25,834 nucleotides of DNA from a virus (IMGVR_UViG_3300030372_005327:1-25834); one strand, 5' to 3'; positions 16,617 to 24,785 are shown, counted from the stretch's first letter. Notes: a model not told the origin generated them from the letters alone. Translations and numbers: made by a program.

Positions 16617-16641
16617 TTTTGTGTTTTTCAGTTATTATAGT
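16612..16641 (+). promoter_or_regulatory. putative late promoter 4
   Basis: ACA 16612, GTTATTA 16631, ATG 16642. Confidence 0.75.
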
Positions 16642-16992
16642 ATGGTAATACTTCAAGCAATAGCAACAGAACAAAGTTTTAGCTTCATACCAAGAAGCCA
16701 AACTTACGATAAGCTACTTGTACAGAACGAAGCAACAGGCGAAGAAAAAGAAATTACAATTACAAGTTTTACAAACGGTGACTATTACGACACAATAAAC
16801 GCTACCTTTGTAAACGGTACTTTTAGTCTTGTAGAAAACAACTTTTATAAGCTTACACTAAAAAACGGAACTACGACAGTACATAAAGACAGAATATTTT
16901 GCACTAATCAAACGCCGGTGGTAAACTATTCAGTCAACGAAGGTGAATACACCCAAAACGTTTCAAATAACGAATTTATAATTTATGAGTAA
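16642..16992 (+). CDS. virion/head-closure-like protein (start probably 16642)
   Basis: 116 aa, beta-rich; upstream of portal; start fixed by the promoter motif. Confidence 0.55.
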   Translation: MVILQAIATEQSFSFIPRSQTYDKLLVQNEATGEEKEITITSFTNGDYYDTINATFVNGTFSLVENNFYKLTLKNGTTTVHKDRIFCTNQTPVVNYSVNEGEYTQNVSNNEFIIYE

Positions 16993-18769
16993 TAACATAC
17001 ACTTATTAGAATTAAGCACTTACGAAGCACCGATAATAACGGAAAGTAAGCGTAACGATTGGGTAGAATACGGTGAAGATAATTTATACTACAATCACCT
17101 TATAGATATGTACACCAATAGCACTACGAATAACGCTATTATAAACAACATAACACGTCTAGTATATGGTAAAGGTCTAAACGCTACAGATGCAAAGGTA
17201 AAGCCAAACGACTACGCCGTAATGATGTCTTTATTCAAAAAGACGGATGTAAGAAGACTTGTAACAGACCTTAAACTTCTAGGTCAGTGTGCTATGCAAG
17301 TAATTTATTCTAAAGATCGTAAAAAGATAGTAAACGTTCATCACATACCTGTACAATTACTAAGGCCGGAAAAGTGCAATTCTGAAGGCGAAATAGAAGC
17401 TTACTACTATAGTGACGATTGGTCAGACGTTAAGAAGTACAAACCTAAAAGAATACCTGCTTACGGCTATTCAAAAGAAGGTTTAGAAATTATGATGGTT
17501 CGACCTTATTCTGTCGGAATGAAATATTTCGCACTTGTAGACTACACCGGTGGCTTACCTTATTGTGCTTTAGAAGAAGACATAAGCACTTATCTTATAA
17601 ACGAAGTAAACAACGGCTTTAGTGGTAGGACGGTAGTAAACTTTAACAACGGTGTACCAAGTGAAGACCAACAACACTTAATAAAAAGCAAAGTCTTAAA
17701 CAATTTGACAGGTACTATGGGTGACAAGTTAATAGTTGCCTTTAACAACAACGCAGAAAGTAAAACAACGGTTGACAGTATGAACGTAGATTTAGCACCC
17801 GATTTGTATTCTACTTTAAGTACAGAATGTCGAGAAAAAATTATGTTGTCGCATAATTGTACGTCACCTTTGTTATTTGGAATAGCAAATACAAGCACAG
17901 GTTTTAGTAGTAATTCCGATGAACTAAAAGACAGTTTCGCACTATTTTCGAATATGGTTATAAAACCGATGCAAGAAATGCTGCTAGATGCCTTTGACGA
18001 AATACTTGCTTACAACGGTATAAGCTTGAACTTGTACTTTAAGACACTGAAGCCACTTGAATTTATAGAAATTGGTGTGCCTTTAGACGGTGAAGAACTT
18101 GAAGAAGAAACAGGTGTAGAACTAAGCGAAGTAAACAAGGACTTACAAGACTTCATAGACTTAGGTGAAGAACCTAAAGAAGATTGGCTTTTGCTTGATG
18201 AATACGAAGTAGACTACGACATAGACGACAAAGAAAACGAACTACTTTCTAGCGACATAAAAACGGAACTATCTTTTAAAGACAAGTTAATAAACCTAGT
18301 TTCTACAGGAACTGCAAGACCAAACGCAAAAAGTGAACAAGACGAAGTTATAGACGGTATTAAGTTTATTACTAGGTACGTTTATGCAGGTAAAACGACA
18401 AGCAAAACTAGGAAGTTTTGTAAAGCTATGATGGCTGCTAACAAGATATATCGTAAAGAAGACATACTTGCGATGACTAACAAACCTGTAAACCCCGGCT
18501 TCGGTGAGTTTGGCTCAGACGTTTATTCGATATGGTTACACCACGGAGGCGCACGTTGTTTTCATCGGTGGAACAAACAGATTTATGTAGCTTTTGAAGG
18601 CACAGGAATTGACGTAAGAAGCCCAAGAGCAAGACAAATTGCAGGTGCAAAAGCTAAAAAGTACGGTTATGAAATCAGAAACCCAAAATTAGTTAGCACA
18701 AGACCAAGAGATACACGGACTAAAGGATACTCTCCAAACAATCCTAACACAAGAAAATATTGGCAATAA
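16985..18769 (+). CDS. portal protein with acidic linker and C-terminal MuF-like Cys/His domain
   Basis: N-terminal ~360 aa portal-like (W..YG.DNLY, S.T.NAII, I..SH...SP.LFGI, ..VIKP.Q); C-terminal RKFC...YSIW..HGG.RCFHRW. Confidence 0.8.
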   Translation: MSNNIHLLELSTYEAPIITESKRNDWVEYGEDNLYYNHLIDMYTNSTTNNAIINNITRLVYGKGLNATDAKVKPNDYAVMMSLFKKTDVRRLVTDLKLLGQCAMQVIYSKDRKKIVNVHHIPVQLLRPEKCNSEGEIEAYYYSDDWSDVKKYKPKRIPAYGYSKEGLEIMMVRPYSVGMKYFALVDYTGGLPYCALEEDISTYLINEVNNGFSGRTVVNFNNGVPSEDQQHLIKSKVLNNLTGTMGDKLIVAFNNNAESKTTVDSMNVDLAPDLYSTLSTECREKIMLSHNCTSPLLFGIANTSTGFSSNSDELKDSFALFSNMVIKPMQEMLLDAFDEILAYNGISLNLYFKTLKPLEFIEIGVPLDGEELEEETGVELSEVNKDLQDFIDLGEEPKEDWLLLDEYEVDYDIDDKENELLSSDIKTELSFKDKLINLVSTGTARPNAKSEQDEVIDGIKFITRYVYAGKTTSKTRKFCKAMMAANKIYRKEDILAMTNKPVNPGFGEFGSDVYSIWLHHGGARCFHRWNKQIYVAFEGTGIDVRSPRARQIAGAKAKKYGYEIRNPKLVSTRPRDTRTKGYSPNNPNTRKYWQ

Positions 18770-19269
18770 TGGCAAAAGCACTTTTAATTTCACAAAACGA
18801 TGTTCGAAAGTTTACGACTGTAAACGGTAACGTAGACGTAGACAAGTTTATTCAGTACGTTTCTATAGCACAAGACATACACATACAAGGTATGTTAGGC
18901 ACGAAGCTACTAGAAAAGATTCAAGCAGACATCATAGCAGGTACTTTAGCCGATCCGTATTTATCACTTCTAACGACTTATATTAAACCGTGCCTTATCC
19001 ACGCAAGTATGTTAGAATTTCTTCCTTTTGCGGCAATTACAATAGGCAACAAAGGCGTATATAAACACGGTGCAGAAAATAGTGAAACGGTAAGTAAAAA
19101 CGAAATAGACTTTTTGATGGAACGTGAACGTAAAACTTACGAACACTACAAAGAAAGATTTATAGACTACATTTGTCAAAACAATAACTTGTTTCCGGAA
19201 TACAACGCTAACACAGGTTCAGACGTTTTTCCAAACAGTTACAACAACTTCGAAGGATGGGTACTTTAA
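18769..19269 (+). CDS. putative head-tail adaptor (start probably 18769)
   Basis: Helical; IAQDIHIQ..LGT.L, YIKP.L, FPEY; TAATG coupled to portal. Confidence 0.6.
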   Translation: MAKALLISQNDVRKFTTVNGNVDVDKFIQYVSIAQDIHIQGMLGTKLLEKIQADIIAGTLADPYLSLLTTYIKPCLIHASMLEFLPFAAITIGNKGVYKHGAENSETVSKNEIDFLMERERKTYEHYKERFIDYICQNNNLFPEYNANTGSDVFPNSYNNFEGWVL

Positions 19270-19367
19270 AATACAAACCGAAAGCAAAAAACGTAAAGCG
19301 TTTAGAATTATATTTAAAAAAATACTATGGCAGAAATACGAATAAGTCAGATAACGGCAAAAAGTAG
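19257..19367 (+). CDS. small basic protein (36 aa, not in ORF track)
   Basis: MGTLKYKPKAKNVKRLELYLKKYYGRNTNKSDNGKK* bridges the gap. Confidence 0.4.
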   Translation: MGTLKYKPKAKNVKRLELYLKKYYGRNTNKSDNGKK

Positions 19368-19770
19368 CAACTTAGCAAGTACAGACGAATTTGCTATAGC
19401 CGAAAGTGACGGTAGTGGTGGTTTTGTGTCTAAGAAGATCAACGGTGCGCAGCTTAAAGATAGTACGCTAAACGAGCAAACGGTTACAACTTATAACCTT
19501 GTTTTGACGGATGCGCATAAAACCGTTATAATTACAAACGGTAGTGCAATAGATGCAAGAATACCAACAAACGCAGGTACGGCTTTTCCTATTGGAACAC
19601 GGATTGAAATAATACAAGGCGGTGCAGGTCAAATAACGGTTACACCAACATCGGGAGTTACGGTAAACTCAAGCGGCGGAAAGACGAAACTTGCAGCTCA
19701 ATACGCAGTAGCAACAATATTAAAAGTAGCAACGAATACATGGTATTTGTTTGGAGACATAACAACATAA
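19327..19770 (+). CDS. virion fibre/decoration-like protein
   Basis: MAEIRISQ..A N-terminal attachment-type motif plus beta-sandwich (FPIGT.I...Q.GAG...TNTWYLFGD). Confidence 0.6.
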   Translation: MAEIRISQITAKSSNLASTDEFAIAESDGSGGFVSKKINGAQLKDSTLNEQTVTTYNLVLTDAHKTVIITNGSAIDARIPTNAGTAFPIGTRIEIIQGGAGQITVTPTSGVTVNSSGGKTKLAAQYAVATILKVATNTWYLFGDITT

Positions 19771-19774
19771 GAAA

Positions 19775-20530
19775 ATGGCGAATACAATAGAATACGGTCA
19801 AGGTGCAGTAAATAATAGTATAGGATGGGGACAAGGTGCTAAAGTAGGTTCGTCTTTCACTAACACAAAGAGCGTATCAACAGACGGTGTTGATGACCGA
19901 GTAGATATAACTCACTCTTTAACAACTTCACAAGGTTCTTATAGTGCTTGGATAAAACCTGACTTGACCAACGGTAGATACTTTATAGTAAGTGACGGAG
20001 GCGTTTATAGAACTTTTATCGGAATATACAGTGACTCAAATGGAAAAGTATTTGCTATTTCTCGTATTTCGCACATCACAAAATGGCAAGTGGAAACAGA
20101 TAATTCGGTTTTAAATTCATCGAATTGGACTCATATTGCATTGGTTCACGATGGAACTGAGCCAAAACTTTATATTGACGGTGTTGCAGTTGCTCAAACT
20201 TTTTTAAATTCAAGTGACAAATCTATTTGGTGGGATGATTTCTCTGTAACGAGAAGCAAAATCGGCGCTCGAATAGTACAAAATTATACTGCAAGTTATT
20301 GGAGAGGCGTAATAGATGAGGTTTCTATTTTTACAACGGCACTATCCGCAAGTGATGTAAGCACTATTTACGGTAGTGGTGTACCTAACGACATCAGTAG
20401 TCTTTCTCCTCTAAATTGGTACAGATGCGGCGATGGTGATACTTCGCCTACATTGACCGATAACGGAAGCGGTGGAAATAATGGAACTATGGTAAACTTT
20501 ACAACTTTTTCAACTGACGTACCTACATAA
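19775..20530 (+). CDS. LamG/concanavalin A-like lectin domain virion protein 1
   Basis: DGVDD, SAWIK, WTHIALV, LYIDG, G.IDEVSIF..ALS...V..IY. Confidence 0.85.
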   Translation: MANTIEYGQGAVNNSIGWGQGAKVGSSFTNTKSVSTDGVDDRVDITHSLTTSQGSYSAWIKPDLTNGRYFIVSDGGVYRTFIGIYSDSNGKVFAISRISHITKWQVETDNSVLNSSNWTHIALVHDGTEPKLYIDGVAVAQTFLNSSDKSIWWDDFSVTRSKIGARIVQNYTASYWRGVIDEVSIFTTALSASDVSTIYGSGVPNDISSLSPLNWYRCGDGDTSPTLTDNGSGGNNGTMVNFTTFSTDVPT

Positions 20531-20541
20531 ACACGAACGAT

Positions 20542-21309
20542 ATGAGCAATACAATTAATTGGGGAAAAATACACGGACTAAGTTATAGTCCTGAAACTAA
20601 CTTAACAGGAACGTCAACTACTCCGTCTTTCAGTAACACATTATCGACAAGGTTTGACGGCGTGGATGACTTTGTAAGTACAGGGTTGAATTTATCATAT
20701 ACTACCTATCCAAACGTTTCGTTTTCTTGTTGGGTTAAGATAAACAAGGCAAGTTTAAATACATTTACATCATATAGTCCAATAGGTGCTTACGTTCAAA
20801 CATTTCCAAATAGCAGTCCTATAAGAATATTGACAAACGGAACTAAACAAGCATTTGTTTTTGTGCAAGGTAACGGTAGCTCTCAAAGCACAACAGACTT
20901 AGCAGATGGTAATTGGCATCATATAGTACAAACTGCAAGATATGAAGCATCAGGTACGGTTAACAATGTTTATGTAGATGGCGTAAAGGAAATCACTAAC
21001 CAATTATTTCTAAGTTATGCCCCAATTACAGGAGACTTTTTTGTTGGTTCAAGGGATTTAACTACGCAATTTTTTGTGGGTGGTGTTGATGAGGTAGCGG
21101 TATTTTCATCAGAACTCTCTCAAAGCGATGTAACGGCTATTTACAATTCGGGAGTGCCTGCCTCGCTTGCCACATACAATCCGCTCCTATGGTATCGCAT
21201 GGGAGATTCTGACACTTTTCCGATTTTGACTGATAATGGTTCGGGAGGAAACAACGGAACAATGACTAACATGACGAGTGGAAACATAGTAACAGACGTA
21301 CCAACATAA
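20542..21309 (+). CDS. LamG/concanavalin A-like lectin domain virion protein 2
   Basis: FDGVDD, SCWVK, DGNWHHIV, YVDG, G.VDEVAVF..ELS...V..IY. Confidence 0.85.
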   Translation: MSNTINWGKIHGLSYSPETNLTGTSTTPSFSNTLSTRFDGVDDFVSTGLNLSYTTYPNVSFSCWVKINKASLNTFTSYSPIGAYVQTFPNSSPIRILTNGTKQAFVFVQGNGSSQSTTDLADGNWHHIVQTARYEASGTVNNVYVDGVKEITNQLFLSYAPITGDFFVGSRDLTTQFFVGGVDEVAVFSSELSQSDVTAIYNSGVPASLATYNPLLWYRMGDSDTFPILTDNGSGGNNGTMTNMTSGNIVTDVPT

Positions 21310-21322
21310 AAACGAATAAAAA

Positions 21323-21580
21323 ATGAGTAAGAAAATAGCAGAAACATACGCAACAATTAGCACAGCAGATTTAGGGTTGATTGACTTTTTACAGATACAC
21401 GAAACTTCAGCAGAAACGATCCGCAAAAGTTTAGATGAAACAGAGTTCATAATCAAGTACGATGCAGTACCTTCCTTTATAAGTGACGGAAGCGTAGAGA
21501 TTTTACAAGCAATGAATCACGATGAGGCTTTGCAACTTATGGCTACCGATGAGTGGTCTGAACCTTTACCTGTAGAATAA
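21323..21580 (+). CDS. hypothetical acidic protein (85 aa)
   Basis: ORF track; ETSAETIRKSLD...KY; may be associated with the LamG fibres. Confidence 0.75.
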   Translation: MSKKIAETYATISTADLGLIDFLQIHETSAETIRKSLDETEFIIKYDAVPSFISDGSVEILQAMNHDEALQLMATDEWSEPLPVE

Positions 21581-21732
21581 TGCACACGAAAGTTTTAGCA
21601 ATATTATATTTTATAACCGGTTACATAGCAGCGTTCAGTTTGTTTTGGACTAGTGCTTTTCACTTACGATGTATTTCGTGTTTTCTTATAATTTACTTAA
21701 CTTTCCAACTAACCGAACAACTTGAGCAATGA
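21580..21732 (+). CDS. small membrane protein (50 aa, not in ORF track)
   Basis: MHTKVLAILYFITGYIAAFSLFWTSAFHLRCISCFLIIYLTFQLTEQLEQ*; TAATG and ATGA overlaps at its two ends. Confidence 0.7.
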   Translation: MHTKVLAILYFITGYIAAFSLFWTSAFHLRCISCFLIIYLTFQLTEQLEQ

Positions 21733-22202
21733 AATTACAGTTACTTTTGCTACTAACTAAACTAAACAACTATTCCATGCAATTACTCGCAATTGTTAGC
21801 AGCTTCTTTTTGCCTATTTCAGGCATTCTTATTTTAATCGGTGTTTCTGTAATTCTTGACACTTTAACCGGTGTATGGAAAGCACGAAAACTAAAAACGC
21901 CTGTAACGTCACGAAAACTGAGTGCGATCATATCCAAGATACTTCTGTACGAAGTTACGGTTATGTTATTCTACTTGATAGACTACTACATTTTGAACGA
22001 TATAGTGTTAACATTTTTTAGTGTTGAACTTATGACCACTAAGATATTAGCTTTAGTTTTAGTAAGTATTGAAATAATAAGTATGAACGAAAACGTAAAA
22101 TCTGTAAAAGGAATCGACATTTGGCAGAGTCTAAAGAATCTATTTGCTAGAGCCAAAGAAGTAACGCAAGACTTCAAAGACATAAATGCGAACGATAAAT
22201 AA
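21729..22202 (+). CDS. holin (phage holin family 4-like)
   Basis: Hydrophobic helices; LDTLTGVWKA...TSRK, E..S..EN; precedes endolysin. Confidence 0.85.
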   Translation: MKLQLLLLLTKLNNYSMQLLAIVSSFFLPISGILILIGVSVILDTLTGVWKARKLKTPVTSRKLSAIISKILLYEVTVMLFYLIDYYILNDIVLTFFSVELMTTKILALVLVSIEIISMNENVKSVKGIDIWQSLKNLFARAKEVTQDFKDINANDK

Positions 22203-22599
22203 GATCATAATCCATTGCTCAGCTACTCCCGTAGGACGTAAAGTAAGCGTAAGCACAATAAGAAAATGGCACTTACAACGTGGCTTTAACGATATAGGTT
22301 ATCATTATGTTATACACCTTGACGGTAAAATTTCGACCGGTCGTAATATAAACAGAATCGGCGCACATTGTGCACATGAGAATAAAGGCAGCATTGGTAT
22401 TTGTTACGTTGGAGGTATGACTAAGGATATGAAGAAGCCGAAGGATACACGAACACAAGCACAAAAAGATAGTCTTATAAAACTTATGCACGAATTAATA
22501 TACAAGTACAATAAAGATATGACGATTCACGGTCATAACCAATACTCCAATAAAAGTTGTCCGTGTTTTGACGTACAGAAAGAATATGCGAATTTATAG
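22186..22599 (+). CDS. endolysin, N-acetylmuramoyl-L-alanine amidase (T7 lysozyme-like)
   Basis: IIIHCSAT, DIGYHY, GAH, SIGICYVGG, GHN...KSCP Zn-ligand motifs. Confidence 0.93.
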   Translation: MRTINKIIIHCSATPVGRKVSVSTIRKWHLQRGFNDIGYHYVIHLDGKISTGRNINRIGAHCAHENKGSIGICYVGGMTKDMKKPKDTRTQAQKDSLIKLMHELIYKYNKDMTIHGHNQYSNKSCPCFDVQKEYANL

Positions 22600-22996
22600 C
22601 CTTATTTGCGTTTTAACGCTGTTTTCTTGCTCAGCGAACTATCACTATAGAAAGGCACTTAAACGTGGCTTAGAACCGCTTATTTCAAGCGACACGATTA
22701 GAATCGCAACAATTGATAGCATACCTGTAGTAAGAAACGATACTGTGGTTTACGAACGCTACTTTTCGTCAAAAGATACAATAGTACACTATCAAAACGT
22801 ATTCGTGCCAAAAACAAGGTTAGAAACACGAATTGAATACAAGATACACCGAGACACTATACGCCAAGTGACACGAATAGAAGTACAGAAAGCAAAAGCA
22901 AGTAAAAAACCAAACTATATGTGGCTAATTATTGGGCTTTGTATTGTAGGCGGTTTTCTGTTTATAGTTGGTAAGGTAGTTAACAAATATGTATGA
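22586..22996 (+). CDS. unimolecular spanin (start probably ATG 22586)
   Basis: Lipoprotein signal MRIYSLICVLTLFS-C plus C-terminal transmembrane helix; directly after endolysin. Confidence 0.75.
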   Translation: MRIYSLICVLTLFSCSANYHYRKALKRGLEPLISSDTIRIATIDSIPVVRNDTVVYERYFSSKDTIVHYQNVFVPKTRLETRIEYKIHRDTIRQVTRIEVQKAKASKKPNYMWLIIGLCIVGGFLFIVGKVVNKYV

Positions 22997-24027
22997 GTGA
23001 GAATAAGCGTTATAGACTTACACCGGATGAAGCAGAAATTCTGTTTCGTTATAGAGGTTTAAAAGCAGCTTCAGAAGAAGCAGGTGTAGATGTCAATAGC
23101 GTAAAACACGGATGGCTTAAAACTAAACAAGCAAGTCTATTCTTTAAAAACCCACTACATAAAGACGAAGCAGAAAACAAACTAGAAGAACTAAGCAAAA
23201 AGCTTATAGAAGACTTAAAAGAATTTGCACCTAAGTTTCCTAAGTTAGTACGCAAAGAAAAAAAGAAAGATTATCTACTTGTTGTTGATCCTGCAGACAT
23301 ACATATAGGCAAACTAGCGGATAGTTTTGAAACAGGCGAAGACTACAACAATCAAATTGCTGTTAAACGTGTAAAAGAAGGCGTACAAGGCATTTTAAAC
23401 AAAGCGCAAGGTTTTCCTATAGATAAGATTTTATTTATCGGTGGTAACGATATTCTACACATAGACACACCGCACAAAACTACTGCCGGAACGCCACAAG
23501 ATACAGACGGACAGTGGTACAGCAATTTCTTAATAGCTAAACAACTTTATGTAGATATTTTGTTGCAGTTGATCTCAGTAGCAGACGTACACTTTACTTT
23601 TAATCCAAGTAATCACGACTACCAAACAGGTTTCTTTCTTGCAGACGTCATAAAAACGCACTTCAGAAACTGCAAAAATATAAGCTTCGACTGTTCAATA
23701 GCACACCGTAAAGGTTATAAATACGGACAAAACTTAATAGGCACTACACACGGAGACGGTGCAAAGCACCAAGACTTACCATTGCTTATGGCTACAGAAT
23801 TTCCTGTAGAATGGTCTGAAACTAAGCACAGATACATTTACACCCATCACGTGCATCACAAATTTTCTAAAGATTACATTGGAATCACTTGCGAATCACT
23901 CCGTTCACCATCGGGAACTGATTCTTGGCATCACAAGAAAGGTTACCAACACGCACCCAAAGCAGTAGAAGGTTTTATTCACCACCGTGAAAACGGACAA
24001 GTAGCAAGACTTACACACCTTTTTTAA
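22993..24027 (+). CDS. calcineurin-like metallophosphoesterase
   Basis: ADIH, GND..H, SNHD, THGD, HHVHH motifs in canonical order. Confidence 0.85.
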   Translation: MSENKRYRLTPDEAEILFRYRGLKAASEEAGVDVNSVKHGWLKTKQASLFFKNPLHKDEAENKLEELSKKLIEDLKEFAPKFPKLVRKEKKKDYLLVVDPADIHIGKLADSFETGEDYNNQIAVKRVKEGVQGILNKAQGFPIDKILFIGGNDILHIDTPHKTTAGTPQDTDGQWYSNFLIAKQLYVDILLQLISVADVHFTFNPSNHDYQTGFFLADVIKTHFRNCKNISFDCSIAHRKGYKYGQNLIGTTHGDGAKHQDLPLLMATEFPVEWSETKHRYIYTHHVHHKFSKDYIGITCESLRSPSGTDSWHHKKGYQHAPKAVEGFIHHRENGQVARLTHLF

Positions 24028-24054
24028 AACTTTTTTGTTAAAAACGTAACTTTT

Positions 24055-24087
24055 TTTGTTAACAATTCGTTTTTATTGTTAGATTTG
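24055..24087 (+). promoter_or_regulatory. Bacteroidota sigma70-type early promoter
   Basis: TTTG 24055-24058, 21-nt spacer, TAGATTTG 24080-24087; intergenic. Confidence 0.75.
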
Positions 24088-24116
24088 TATACACAATTAA
24101 TTTAACACTTAAAAAA

Positions 24117-24335
24117 ATGAACAGAACAGAAAAACTTGAATTGCTTATTGAAATACAGGAAGCAATCGAACACTTTGAGAAAAGAATTGACAACGCCGAA
24201 TGGTCTAACGGCTTTGGCGCAGGATTAGAGTTTGACAGCATCCGAGAGAAAAACGAACACAACATAATCATATACACTATGTGCATCGGCAGATTAAACG
24301 AACGATTTACTAAACAACTTAACACACTTAAATAA
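24117..24335 (+). CDS. early hypothetical protein (72 aa)
   Basis: ORF track; A-rich start context. Confidence 0.75.
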   Translation: MNRTEKLELLIEIQEAIEHFEKRIDNAEWSNGFGAGLEFDSIREKNEHNIIIYTMCIGRLNERFTKQLNTLK

Positions 24336-24427
24336 TGAAAGACGGAATAAAAGATACGATTTACGGCATAGTATATTTATGCACTTTGGCTACGATGTAT
24401 TACTACACTATTTTAATTTTTGGATAA
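24335..24427 (+). CDS. small membrane peptide (30 aa, not in ORF track)
   Basis: MKDGIKDTIYGIVYLCTLATMYYYTILIFG*; TAATG coupling. Confidence 0.55.
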   Translation: MKDGIKDTIYGIVYLCTLATMYYYTILIFG

Positions 24428-24428
24428 G

Positions 24429-24701
24429 ATGAAAGGAGAGATAGAAATATTTAAGAACGAAGACGATATAGTAGAGTTTGGAATACACGATACTGAGTTT
24501 CGAGTTTGCATAGAAACTGAAACGTATTGGCAAGAAGAAGCGGTAAGCTTTAACGGCTTTACTGACGAAATACAATACGAAGAACACGAACAAACAGTAA
24601 CCTTTGTTAGAATGGACACGCTTGAATGTTCCGGCACTCTATACTATTCTAAGCAAGATATATGTTCAGAATTAGAACGAATGTTAAACGAAGACAACTA
24701 A
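24429..24701 (+). CDS. acidic early hypothetical protein (start probably 24429)
   Basis: ORF track; strongly Glu/Asp-rich. Confidence 0.7.
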   Translation: MKGEIEIFKNEDDIVEFGIHDTEFRVCIETETYWQEEAVSFNGFTDEIQYEEHEQTVTFVRMDTLECSGTLYYSKQDICSELERMLNEDN

Positions 24702-24703
24702 AG

Positions 24704-24781
24704 ATGGCTAAACAGGAATACGAAGTAAAGTACATCTTGAATATTTTCAAGTACAAACTAATCATATTTAAAAAACTATAA
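24704..24781 (+). CDS. possible 25-aa peptide
   Basis: MAKQEYEVKYILNIFKYKLIIFKKL* exactly fills the gap. Confidence 0.35.
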   Translation: MAKQEYEVKYILNIFKYKLIIFKKL

Positions 24782-24785
24782 AAAG

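Noticed and set aside
19775-21309. Diversity-generating retroelement explanation for LamG paralog similarity
   Set aside because: No reverse transcriptase in the window; differences are mostly synonymous and not adenine-specific
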